Of a stretch of DNA of 64,000 nucleotides, positions 39,976-53,472 are shown piece by piece. The position numbers and the translations under genes are program-made. The stretch comes from Eledone cirrhosa (lineage: Eukaryota): positions 73,098,001 to 73,162,000 of the forward strand of contig OZ024747.1 in assembly GCA_964016885.1 (NCBI GenBank). The letters run 5' to 3'. The stretch's first letter is position 1; each line of letters starts with the position of its first letter. Under the pieces are notes generated by a model that worked only from the letters and a program-made list of their open reading frames with translations, searched no databases and was not told the DNA's origin.

Positions 39976-40311
39976 CACACTATATATGCACACACACATC
40001 CACACACACACTCACACACACATACACATAGAAATACATCCACACACATACACACAGACATACAAATATTTATCTATGAATGAAGAAAGACTTGTAAACT
40101 TTCAAGTGTAAGATATGAGAATTTTAATTTTGTTTTACGTCTTTCTTTTTCGTCTCTATCAGTTTGTATTAGTATGTAATTCTATGTCTGTATCCGTTGT
40201 ATAGGTATTTAAATATTTAGTATATATTGTTGATGTTGTTGTTGTTGGTTAGCCACGAGTGAATACGGTTCGAGCTGCTCTTTGATCGAAGTCGTTTCAG
40301 CCTTGTCTCTC

Positions 40312-40627
40312 AGAGAGTTACGGCCCTTTGCAGTCTGAGTTCAAATCTCGCCGAGGTTAACTTTGCCTTTCATCCTTACGGGGTCGATAAAACAAAGTAC
40401 CAGTAATTCACTGATATAATTGCTGGCCTTGTGCCAAAAGTAGAAACAATTATTAGGAATATGTAGATGGGCTGTGGATTGGCAGCATAGAGTTACGGCC
40501 CTTTACGTTCAGAGTTCAAATCCCACCGAGGTTAACTTTGCCTTTCATCCTTACGGGGTCGATAAAAGAAAGTACCAGTAATGTACTGGGTATTTGCTGG
40601 CTTTGAGCCAAAAGTAGAAACAATTAT
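40312..40627 (+). mobile_element. Tandem pair of family 1 SINEs
   Basis: Two B box-body-tail units ending AGAAACAATT at ~40451 and ~40626. Confidence 0.85.
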
Positions 40628-40996
40628 TACAAATATGTAAGAAATACATTCTCTAATAGGTCTTTTATTTATTTAAGCCTGTAAGGTGTCGTTTCGGGGG
40701 AATCTGGCTGCTGTTTCTAACAAATCGAGACTCTTTTGCTGACCCGTACTCTGTATATTTTGACTACTTAAGCACACGTACACCAAAGAAATGCTTATTA
40801 GATGTGAAAATGGTATTTTGTGATGTCTATATACTTCTCCCGCGAAATGACACGAGGAGAGATAGCGACTGGTGGTCGAAGTTCTCCGCTGGGAATATAT
40901 TCCTAATCACCGGTAAAAGTACAATTAGTTCAGTAATTGTAAAACATGATATTCAATGAAAAGATTAAAGAATCTTAAGAGAAAACATCATCTACC

Positions 40997-41027
<31 letters not shown>

Positions 41028-41318
41028 ACCACAAGCCACCAAATTAATTGTAATGGTAGAAAAACTTCTCATTGATATATTTTAAAATGAAACAAACTCA
41101 TAAAAATATACAAAAAATACGTCTATTATTGCTTGGTGAGTTAAAACTTGTAGAAAGAACAATAACTGCGACAACAAAAATATCTTGACAAAATGATCGC
41201 TGGATATTAGAAGAGTAGCATACACTTATGTATACATAAATACTCACTCATTCATACACACACACATACACACACATACACACACACACACACATATATG
41301 CATATATATTTATACATA

Positions 41319-41390
<72 letters not shown>

Positions 41391-41392
<2 letters not shown>

Positions 41393-41537
41393 TAGCAAAA
41401 TGGCCCGGCATTGCTCGGGATTTGCTCTAGGGTTCTTATATATTTGATATATATTTATCTTTATCGAGCCCCGTGAAATAAATACGTTTGTTTATATTTT
41501 GTTATTGTGTATGCAAAAATATCTGTACACGAATATA

Positions 41538-41587
<50 letters not shown>

Positions 41588-42047
41588 TAACAGATTAAAG
41601 TTTAAGCAAAGAATCGCTGCTTTCACCCTTAACGGGATCTTCTGAAACTAAAGAAATCAATCTGTGAACGCAGAAGTATATTTCGAAAAACGTTACACAC
41701 TATATATATATACACACACTATATATACATACATATATATATATATACACGCACAACCCGCGTCATAATGTCGTAATACAGACAGATATTATAAGGGCGC
41801 AACGTTATCTCCTTGTATCTATCTAAAAAGAGAAATACTAAGAATTATAGAGAGAGATCGCTAAATCACCTAATGCGGTCCCTAGGGCATTGAAAATTTG
41901 AAATTTGTTTTGCTCAAAACACTTACAGGACCATCCATACGTATTAGATGTGTAAAGTTTGAAAACACGCGGTTGGGTGCTTCTCGGGTTTTAGTGAGCG
42001 GACAGACAGACAGACAGACAGATTGACAGACAGACAGGCATTATCTG

Positions 42048-42050
<3 letters not shown>
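41391..42050 (+). mobile_element. Non-autonomous Helitron-like element
   Basis: Starts ACTAGC..CCCGGCATTGCTCGGG (subterminal hairpin) and ends with (GACA)n then TA. Internal blocks 41580-41695 and 41772-41800 match 5330-5445 and 5176-5200 in reverse. Confidence 0.65.
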
Positions 42051-42107
<57 letters not shown>

Positions 42108-42162
42108 CGTGACCAGCGGCGCCGATCGGCGCCCGACAGACTGGTCGGTCAAGGTGATCAAG

Positions 42163-42206
<44 letters not shown>

Positions 42207-42495
42207 GCCAATCATTGTAAGTTTGAATCTGACATGCAAAAACATATATATATATGAATAAAGCTCAAATGCTAGTAGATTCAAATATCAGAGAGAGAGA
42301 GAGAGAGGGAGGGGGGGGGGGGGGATGTGGTGCGACAGAAATGAAACATGGATTACAGGTTAAAATATGGTCTAGATAGGTGAGAAACAAAACGAGGATA
42401 TAGTTTATGGAACACCTAAATGATTTAGAAGTCGACCTTAAGTAGGAGCAATAACATTAAGAAGGCATGAACGACACCACAACTTGTTTTGAAAA

Positions 42496-42800
42496 TTTTG
42501 AAAGTAGGTTTATAAGTATGAATTTCCATAGGATTTTCGTAGTTGTCTCTGTGGCCTAGTGGTAGGTACTAGAGGTGGTGGAGATCCTGGACTTAGGTTC
42601 AATCCTGGTCAAATCGTTTTCAGTTTTTATTTTACATCCAATAGAAAACAAAAAACTGAGAAAGTTGACCGGGGACCCTGCTATCGCCCAGGATTGAACT
42701 TCAGACCAGGATCCCCATCGGCTATGATTCCTCCAGCTAAGCCACCGAGACAGTTACAAACAAACCATGAAAATTAATAATTATAAACCTACTCTCAAAA
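42496..42800. repeat. ~305-bp imperfect palindrome (MITE-like) containing two convergent tRNA-like heads
   Basis: Terminal TTTTGAAAGTAGGTTTATAA / TTATAAACCTACTCTCAAAA, with internal A/B-box-like motifs on each strand. Confidence 0.65.
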
Positions 42801-42915
42801 TCAAAGTTAAAAAGATGTATAGAGCTATTAGTCAATCTTCTGGCTCTTTGGTAACAACCATATTATTCCTATGTGTGTTTAACTCTTGAATTTAATTTGA
42901 TTATTTTAAAAAACA

Positions 42916-43008
<93 letters not shown>

Positions 43009-43439
43009 TGTGCTTTCAAAATGTTTATTTATTAAACATAACGTATACACTTAGATATACGAAATTTACATACATGTATGTATACAGCTATGCCAAAGCC
43101 AAATCTTAATTCTAATTTAAGTTGAGCCACCTTATACAGCTTCATCTGCAAACGAGGCTAATCAGTTGATCTACACAAGTGAAAAAAACTATATATTCTC
43201 GCCTGTCCCTCGCTGGTTATGTTGGAATGCACTAGACGACGCTGGCCGTCAGCATTTCAATATTCATAGCTGGGCTTTCAAAGTGTTTATTAATTAAACA
43301 TACGGTGTAACTTTAGATAAACGAAACTCACATACATATATGTATGCAGCTATGTCGAAGCCAAATTGTAATATATAACATACACAGAAACATACGCACA
43401 CTCATACATATACGTACATACATGCCCCCCTTCTCTCTC

Positions 43440-43492
<53 letters not shown>

Positions 43493-43505
43493 GTGTCTCA
43501 CTCTC

Positions 43506-43615
<110 letters not shown>

Positions 43616-43930
43616 TGTATGTGTATGTATGTGTATGTGTGTATGTGTATGTAGTTCATTGTAAACTGAAGATCAGACAAGAATGAAATAGAGTAAAAAC
43701 ATCTCAAGAGTGAAAAGGCAATTAAAACATAAGTAAATGTTTAACCCTAATAGAAAACTATAATGTAGTGTATATCATATATATGTATGATGTATGTTTG
43801 TAATGTACGGATATCTTTAATTGTGACTAAGTGCATACTTTCAATTGAGTATAATAATGGCTTCTGGTAAACATAAACATATACAGCTTTTAAAGCATAT
43901 ATATATATATATATATACATATATACATAC

Positions 43931-44017
<87 letters not shown>

Positions 44018-44019
<2 letters not shown>

Positions 44020-44158
44020 CGAAGGGAATTGTGGTAAGGAACCAGATGGACCGTAACGCACCAAAGTACTCAATACTTAGGATAGTAGAGTGGGTAATAG
44101 GAACAAGTATGACCCCGACGGCAGAGCTCAAGCCATTTCGACGGCTGTTTCTGGACTC
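44018..44158 (-). mobile_element. Truncated family A Penelope terminus
   Basis: Reverse-complement match to 54966-55102, between two (TA)n tracts. Confidence 0.85.
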
Positions 44159-45391
44159 AAATATATATATATATATATATACATACACGCATACATGCAC
44201 ACACTCTCACACATATATTTCCGAGCGGTAATGAATTGGAGAAAACAATTCCGCAACAGAAGTAATAGAGTTCATTTAATTGACAGCCATCAATTTCTGT
44301 GACGCAGTCAAATACCATCCCATACCATCCCATACCCTCCCACAGTCATCAATTCCCTAGAGGTCGTAGTAGAAAAATATAAAATTTCATAATAAAGCCA
44401 CCCACTATTATGATGCACCACTATGGAGAAGTGGACTTAGTAAAACACTGGGGTAAATAACACAAATTACACAAAATATGATATTTATCCCAAGAAAGAA
44501 AACATTATTTATTTGATTCCGTCATATAAGATGAATGTATCAGGTATAGCAAATAAATTCCGATTCTATAACAACTAGATATTGCTCTTTTTATATACAA
44601 AAGTTTTACCTGATGAGATGTTATGCCCAGTTAATCTTGAAACATGTGTAGCATCGATGTGTAAACCTTGTGCTATATAAAAGTACACGCACACCCACAC
44701 GTACTCAAACACACATTAATAAGGGACAGGATATAATTTAATGATACAGTGCATCTAGTGCGTACGGAGGAGTGTTTCACCTCATCAGGGGTCTTTTTTT
44801 ACCATTAGCAGTATTTCATTGTACAATGAAAATGTGACTAGTGTTTTATGCTATTATAATTCCAATCATTCTACAGACCTGCTGGCGTTTTCTTGGAATA
44901 TTAAATCCTTATTTTATGAAACCCAAACTGATGCTAACTTACTTTTGGGATTGGTTGAGAATTGTTGGTTAGTGTCATATATATTTTCATGCATGTTTTT
45001 AAAATAGTAGCCGATACATTGCTGCTTTAAAATCAATAATTATCTTTTATCACCAAGTAGTTGTTTGTTAGAAACATATTATATTTCTATTAAGATGGCG
45101 GCATATATTTCCTGGTGATTCTCTATGTGATTTTTTAAAGAAATATATTTTTTTTACGTTCTTCCTAACCACTATATATCTGTAACATAATGTGCGCGCC
45201 GCCATTATCTCCTTTGGAAATGTTTTGCTCACGTTTTAATTAAAAATTTACCATTTTACCAATGTATGGCACCTAATAATAATTGCAATTGTTAAGCGGT
45301 CATACAAATATATACGATATTATTGCGTTTAACAGCGGGCTTTCTCTCCCTTCTTTTTCAATGTATATATATAACTATCTATATATATCTA

Positions 45392-45542
<151 letters not shown>

Positions 45543-45670
45543 TGTTACAATAAAATAGATGTTATTTATTCATTTACACTGTAGTGATTAGTGTTCATCA
45601 TAAAGAATGTTATACTATTTTAATGCGCAACTAGGGCAAGTGTCTTCTACCATATATATGTGTAAGGAAG

Positions 45671-45720
<50 letters not shown>

Positions 45721-45725
<5 letters not shown>

Positions 45726-46005
45726 AACAATAATATTTGTGTTTTCATCATATGTTGATTTAAAACTGCACTATCCACAAGTGTTTTTTAACCTTCATAT
45801 CATGTCTTCCTGTTTTATCTGATGAAAACACAAATATTATTGCATGATGATATTTGCTTTTGAAATGCGCATAATAAAATACATGTAACTCTTTTTAACC
45901 ATCTTTTGTTCTTATATATTATGTATACTCCAGTCCTACAAACTGTAGAGTGCTTCTTATCCGATATCTGCATTGCTTTATTGTACTACAATAAAACTCA
46001 CCTCC

Positions 46006-46010
<5 letters not shown>
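45721..46010 (+). mobile_element. Short non-coding hammerhead-bearing element (family B; PLE pLTR derivative or retrozyme-like) in (TA)n
   Basis: Homologous to 62961-63147 in the opposite orientation. Has a short inverted 5' arm at 45721-45750 and TA tracts on both sides. Confidence 0.7.
45811..45881 (+). ncRNA. Minimal type I hammerhead ribozyme with palindromic stem III (family B)
   Basis: TGTTTTAT (45811-18) pairs with ATAAAATA (45874-81). CTGATGA at 45819-25. Stem II CAAATATTA/TGATATTTG. GAAA at 45862-65. ATGCGCAT palindrome. ATA triplet ending at 45873. Confidence 0.82.
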
Positions 46011-46059
<49 letters not shown>

Positions 46060-46812
46060 ATCAAGATGTATTCATGCATTTGTTTTTATTATGAGAACGG
46101 TATCCTCAGATGAAATTCGATTTTGTGAAATGCCGCCAGCAGGAAATACACATCCTCCTGCTCGTGCGTCCGGCAGACATATGGCCACAGAAGACAATAT
46201 GGTCACAGATTCATCTATGACAATAATTATGCTTGATCAGGGCTGACCTTGAGATAAGCAACAACAATAACTACAACGAACCAACTCTATCTTCCAGACA
46301 TAACAAACGAATCTTCCCCATATCAGACCATACCTCTCCAAAAAGTAGAAGCTAGAAGACAAAACGGGACATGGATGGAACGATTTTACTAAAGGTTTGC
46401 TTGATCAAGTATGACATTAGGGTAATACAGCAATAACAACTTGATATGCCAGAAATAGTAGCATAGTTCGGAAAATTTAAACGAGACAGTCACGGATGGA
46501 CCAGCTTTGAATATAGAACAGAATGGTACAACGAATTTGAACTCTTAAGTGGAAACAGGCGAAGAAGAATGAACAGCATGATTCCTCATTTGATCTTTCT
46601 ATTTCCTATAAAGAGGAGGCCGTGTGTCATTGGAAAAGATAAATTTAGTTCTGTTTACATCTGAATAAATTTCCTAACTTTTTATTTTTATCGATTCCAG
46701 TCAATCGAAATGTTTGAATTGTTTCGCAGCAATATTGTCTATTTTCTTATAACAGCTTCTAATCTATCATGACAGCTTACATGAAATATTCATGGACTCT
46801 TTTACATAACGC

Positions 46813-46899
<87 letters not shown>

Positions 46900-47315
46900 A
46901 GAGAGAGAGAAGGAGAGAGAGAAAAGATGCAAAGATCAAAGCACGAGAAACATTGGATTAATAACCTCTACTATTGGGCAAAAGGGAAAATATTAAAGTG
47001 ACCTTTAAAATAAATAGTTTCGATAAAAGTTTTATTTCAAAATTTCCTTTTAAAGATTATGTTTTGTGTTTTGGAAAAAGACATAACAACTAAAATATAT
47101 TTTTCTAACCATTCCTAAATAAAAGAATTTTACATTATTTTTCTTCACTGTGTTCTTGGAGATACATAACATTTCCATAAGCCTGGTTTTGAGTACATAT
47201 TAAAATTATTATACAACAATATTGATATGTGCATTAAATTATATTTACTGCAGGTTGTAAACTATATTTATCTGTTTGAAAATTTCATACTTGCTTGTGT
47301 TCGCTTACACATACT

Positions 47316-47367
<52 letters not shown>

Positions 47368-47854
47368 TACATACATACACACACACGCACGCACAGAGAG
47401 ATAATAATAATTACGATTTGAAGATGCACCTAATATTTTTTACATATACATGCAAATTTGGAGTATATAACGAAAAGAAACAAGTTTGTACGGAATAACA
47501 TCTTTCCTAAGACAAGGGTTGCAACTCTGACTTGACTCTGCATGTAATTAAATGTACTACGACTTTAGTTTTGGTTTGTATTAATTATAAATTATATTTC
47601 CTTATTAATGTGTTGTTGTTTAGATGTCGTATAGCTGCATTGATAAAATGGAAGATTTGGAAAACGATGAAATTTGGTAAGGTTCTTCCTCCGTAACCCT
47701 GTATTTGTTAACTGAGGAAGTTTCCTACCTAACGGTTAACTCTCATCCTCTGTGTCAAACATGTCAGACGTGTTTGACCAATCTTGTCTTCATAGCATGC
47801 AACATGTAAAGGTTGCTATGAACAGTACAATTGTCAAACAGTTCTGACACGCTT

Positions 47855-47955
47855 ATATTATCACAGGCAAAAGTAATATTATCACAGGCAGAATTAATAT
47901 TATCACATAGAACATTGATATTATCACAGGCAAAATTAATATTATCACAGGCAGA
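47855..47955. repeat. 21-bp minisatellite, ~5 units
   Basis: ATATTATCACAGGCA recurs every 21 bp. Confidence 0.85.
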
Positions 47956-49369
47956 ATTTTCCTTTTGCAAGTAGCTTTTCTTAAGGTCAGTATAGAAAAC
48001 ACAATGCTTCAAACCACAAGCTCCTCAGTCAATTACAAAGCTCTAAATAAAGACAGCTGTATGACTAAATTAAATGAACTCAGCCGTGGAAAGTTCAGTG
48101 CTTTGGCTATAAATATTCGAAGTATCCAAACTACCAACATGCTAGCTGCTTTATTTACGTTCCTTTGTACTATGTACTGCTCAACTGACAAGTTTTATCG
48201 AAATGTCTTCTTAAATTTCTCTCTGTTATCTTTGCATCTGATTTACGTATTTTGCGTTTATTCTCAATGTTTTCTGTTAACGAGATCATTGTGGTGAAAG
48301 AATCAATAGAGTTTCTCAAATCGCCTAATTATTTACTTCATTGTCTAAGATATCTTGTAATCTCGTGCTTATTTTTACTTTGTTTGCTTCCTCCTTTGTG
48401 TACTTCAATTGGTATTAATAAATCTTTTCTACTTCGATCTTCATTTAAGTTATTCTTCCAGACTTTTCTTATATGTTTTGTGCTCAAATTTTCTTCATTT
48501 TCCAAGTGTGTCTGAATTATTTATCTTTTATATATACAAGAGCAAAAGGGGTTCGAGGATAGGGTTAAACGTTCATAGACTGAAAAGTTCATAGGTTGGC
48601 CAAAATACTCTCATAGATCTGAACTGAGAAAGCAGAGAGCCGAAACGAATACCGCAAATTATTATTTAGCACAACCCCCACCCCCGCTGTAATTATAATA
48701 AGATATCTAGGTAATATAATAAGAAACAATGTAAAATATAATAGAAAGTTGCCGACAGGTAGACATACATTTTAATGAAACTCAGTTGACGTCCATGAAA
48801 ACCTTAAGTTATTTCCTACTTAAGTAACCACCAATGTGTTTGAAGGAATACAGTCACGTGTGGTTTCTTTAGACTTAGTACGATGAAAGCTTGCATGCAT
48901 TAAAACCCCAGGGTGTGTTTATCTCGTCAAATTCTCATTTCGCGCCAGAATATCATATTTTATAATTGATATGTCTAGGAAGTGAAAATGGGGACATAAT
49001 AATTAGTGAAGCGAATACATTATACATAGTATCAAAGATTAATAAGAATTCTTCCAATAAGGGGATTTCGCATACATCATGCGGGTATGTATAACGCGGG
49101 TATATATAAGATAATTGAAATTAGTAATTAAAAAATCAAAACAAAACAAAGGTAAAAACAAGAGAATAAATACTAAAGAATTAGATAAATACAAAGACAC
49201 TATCAAATATATTTTATGAACAGAAATTATACAATGATGGAAAATATGAAAAACAGATAAAAACAAAATTAAGTAATGAAAAAAAGGGGGAAGAGGTAAA
49301 GAAGGGCAGATCTGGCTGTATAGGAAAGTAATGGTAAGGAGGATTAATGCCATGAATGAAAGGAAAAGT

Positions 49370-49488
49370 AGGGAAATGGCAAGGACTACAGAGAAATGGC
49401 AAGGACTGCAGGGAAATGGCAAGGGCTGCAGGGAAAGAGCAAGGGCTGCAGGGAAAGAGCAAGGGCTACAGGGAAATGGCAAGGACTA
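49370..49488. repeat. 20-bp minisatellite, ~6 units (GGGAAATGGCAAGGRCTRCA)
   Basis: Directly visible. Confidence 0.88.
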
Positions 49489-50244
49489 TTAAACAAGGAA
49501 GAAAGAGATACATATATAAATATCTATGTTTAATCATTTATATATATAAATATATTTTATGACCCGACTCCGTGTCATCAGACTAGAAAGTATGAAAAAT
49601 ACGTATTCTTTAGGAAGATGAGGATGGGGTCGAATATTGGACAACTAGAATTTTACATGTCATCTATATTAGACTATATCAGATATATTGAAGGGTACGG
49701 CTAGAGCAGACAAACATCATAAAAACAACAAGCCATTTAACTAATGTGAAACACATCGACGAACATACTTCCTCCAAACAATGGCGTAGTCAGAAAAGGG
49801 AAAGCAGTGCTCATGACATTTTCAAGGCCTATCAGACTGAAAAAAGGAATTGTACAAAGAAACCTGACTCAACGATTGCTCCAGTAAGTCTAGATATTGA
49901 GTTATCCTCATACTGAAAACCTGCCCACTAAATTCACCCTAGGTCTAAGAGATAGTACTAAATTTGATAACAAATTAGGTTTATTTTCCTCAAACATTAC
50001 ATCCACCGACCACACAGGCATATTGTTTCTCTTCTTGTCGAAGAAAAGTTGATTCGTTCGTTTGATTTATCTAAGAGTGTTTCAGCCCGGCATCTGAAAA
50101 GCGGCTTTAACCCCGAAATATCATAACATAATACACTGGGTAAAACATTGCTTTACTTTGTTTGGTTTCATTTACCATCATTTACCTCTCGTATTTTCTA
50201 CCACATTGTAGCTGTTTTAAAAACAAATCTTATCAATCATTACT

Positions 50245-50276
<32 letters not shown>

Positions 50277-50434
50277 GTATGTATGTATTATGTATATATA
50301 TGTATTATGTATGTATTATGTATGTATGTATATATATATGTATGTATGTATTATGTATGTATGTATGTATGTATTATGTATGTATATATATGTATTATCT
50401 ATGTATATATATATGTATGTATTATGTATGTATG

Positions 50435-50479
<45 letters not shown>

Positions 50480-50575
50480 GCATGTATGTATGTATATATA
50501 TATATATATGTATGTATGTATGCATGTATGTATGTATATATGTATATATATATATATATTGTATGTATGTATGTA

Positions 50576-50628
<53 letters not shown>

Positions 50629-51283
50629 GTATGATTTACTGATGAGTTGTATGAATTGTGATTTATTGTTCTGAAAGAAAACACAACACTTCGATTATAT
50701 TTAATTGAATTTATGAGAATATATTAATTTTTCACTTGTTAGTTTTAAATTGAAATTATTTCATATCCCAGTGGCCATTTTTCTCCTTTTGGTTTTATAT
50801 ATAAAAAAGGTGTGACATTTTATAAAAACAATCGTTTATGAGTTCACAATATAACGAATGGAATAATACTGCATCTAGAGAACTGCATCATATGTCAACC
50901 ATTTAATACAGAGGAAAAATGAATACCTAATATATATATATATATATATATATATGCAAAGTTTTATTTAAATTGTTGGGTTAACAACGAGTAAATATTT
51001 ATAACTGATATAAAAGCACTCAACAAGTATTTGGAGTATATTTACGATATTAAATAAATGGAAACTATATTTATAAAACCATATTTATTTCATTATATAT
51101 ATTTCAGGGATATCATATTAAAAATATGTTATGCCTTCTTCAGACAAAATACAATATAAACAGTCTTATAAATAGATAGATTCGACATACCTTTCAACTT
51201 CGACTTCTATTTGAAAAGTTGATTTGGTAGTGAAAAAATATTAGGGACAGTTATAAAAAGAAAGAAAGAAAAACGAAGAAAAA

Positions 51284-51337
<54 letters not shown>

Positions 51338-51577
51338 TTTATTTATATATATATATATATTTATTTATATATATAGAGTGAGAGAATATCTCATACATAT
51401 CACTAACGGGTCGATAAAGTATCGTTCCGTGGGGATTTATAAAATCTCAAGCAACTTAAATATAAGGAGCCTGACCAATATAAACAGATGTATATATAAA
51501 ACCTCTCTTCTTTATAATACACACACACACGCATATATATATATATATATGTATATTATATACATACATATATATAA

Positions 51578-51648
<71 letters not shown>

Positions 51649-52092
51649 TATATGTATATATATATGAAAGCACATATCAGTATTTGTCTGTTTATATGTT
51701 TGAAGATATATATATATATATGGGTATATGTAGGTTACACTTATCTTTATATGTGGATGTATGAGAATCTGTCAGTTAGTATGTTTGCCTGCCTCTCTCT
51801 CCCCTTCCCCCTCTCTCCCCTTATCTACGCCCTCTCTCCCCCTCTCCTCCTGTCTCCCCCATATCTCCCACACTCTCACTTCAATATAAATACTGTTATA
51901 GTTATGAGTCATTGTGTTTTCATCATATTGCAGAAATGAAAACATATGATTATATTGATCTACAAATAAAACAATTATTTCAATAGAGTCTATCTAAAAT
52001 GCCCCCCCCCCCCCCCAAAAAAAAAAACACCCCAGCGCAACTCCTTGCTTAAATTTAATTGTGAATTATTATTACTGTTATATAACTGTCGC

Positions 52093-52150
<58 letters not shown>

Positions 52151-52152
<2 letters not shown>

Positions 52153-52262
52153 AACAAGTAAGACCCCGACGGCTGAGCTCAAGCCGTTTCGACGGCTAAT
52201 TCTGGACTGAATGAAAATTTATTCTGGTATTTAAATAGCCGAGCTTATCAAGGGGTAATTCC
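52151..52262 (-). ncRNA. Type I hammerhead ribozyme, U3-A8 core variant (family A, second arm)
   Basis: Reverse complement of 54912-55023. Core at 52245-52251, GAAAC at 52186-90, GTC at 52168-70. Confidence 0.8.
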
Positions 52263-52794
52263 ATATATGGTCAAAGAGATAATCACCAGGATTGGTCACA
52301 TCACAAGTTAGTAGTAAATCTGTGATGGCAAATTGATGGGGGACGGGGTAGCTGAACCTGCCGGTAGGAGAAAAAGGGAGAGGGGGTGGAGTAGACCTAT
52401 TCATGCGTTGGTAGTGCCGGCTACAGCTGGGTGTGAGGTCAAAGAGGATACTGGGGAGGGGGAGGGGGAGGGGGAGGAAGTCGGAACGGTAAGTAGAACA
52501 AAGAAGGGTAAAACTATAAAAAGTACTGAGAGAGAAAAAAATAAAAAAATAAGCAACGTCTGGTTACTAAGACTTAAGTCTCTCGCTATTGCTAGGCTAA
52601 AGAAATACATAAATAAATAAATAAACAAATAAGTGAATAAAAGAATAGATAAATAAATTAAAAAAAAAAAAAATATATATATATATATATATAATGAAGA
52701 ATAAAAAAATAAATAAAAATAAACTAGGTGGGACGGAAATAAAGGGACCCTTATACGAGGTATAAGTGCGTGTATCGTACGGTGACGGGTCAAC

Positions 52795-52825
<31 letters not shown>

Positions 52826-53472
52826 GCAAAATACTAAAGAGACTACCACGAAATAATAAAGGTTTCTACCCCAATCACAGGGCCAGCAACCACCCAGAGC
52901 AAGAAAGTAAACTAGTACGAGAATATAATTCAGGGTCCCGCAAAAAAATACTCGTGCTAACTCTAAGGGTACCGCCACGAAACAAAAAGTCTTATACAAG
53001 CTACATGAAAGATCGTACGAAGTAAAAGTAAAGAACGGAAAATTAATACAGAAACACCCCCCCCCCCCCCCAAAAAAAAAGAAGAAAGAAATACTGGATA
53101 AACGAGAAATTAAAGCAAAGATGCCACTAAGAAATATAGAAGGCACGGAAAAAAGGGACAGCGGTCGGAGAAGGGGGCAAGTATCCGAAGTCTAACACCT
53201 CCGCTATAAAAAGCGGAGTCAGCCAATTCTATCATAGAATAGGGGAGGGGGGGGGGGGGGGGCTGAAGCTACAAGGGACCGAGGGGCTACCTCGGGTGGG
53301 CGAGAAAAAGACGACGACAAAGAAGGGGAAGTGGGGTAGAAGGACTAGGGAGGGATGGGGGAAGGAGGAAATATAGAGGAAGCGATAAAAGAATATAGAA
53401 GATCTTACGTCTCCATTGGCAAGCAGGGGTTACCCCTTACAAAATAGGCAAGTGGGGTGTTATAGCCCTAGT

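Noticed and set aside
37643-40111. Many HT/CV/YI-repeat ORFs here and throughout the window
   Set aside because: They are translations of (CA)n, (TA)n and (GA)n microsatellites.
44770-44795. Minus-strand CTGATGA-GGT-GAAAC as a hammerhead
   Set aside because: Only 3 nt separate the core motifs (no stem II), and there is no stem I partner.
47965-48297. 110-aa ORF containing FSALAINIRSI
   Set aside because: A single motif resembling a LINE APE N-terminus with no downstream motifs; too weak to call.
50639-50700. CTGATGA followed by GAAA
   Set aside because: No consistent stem II/stem III/stem I pairing around a UH triplet.
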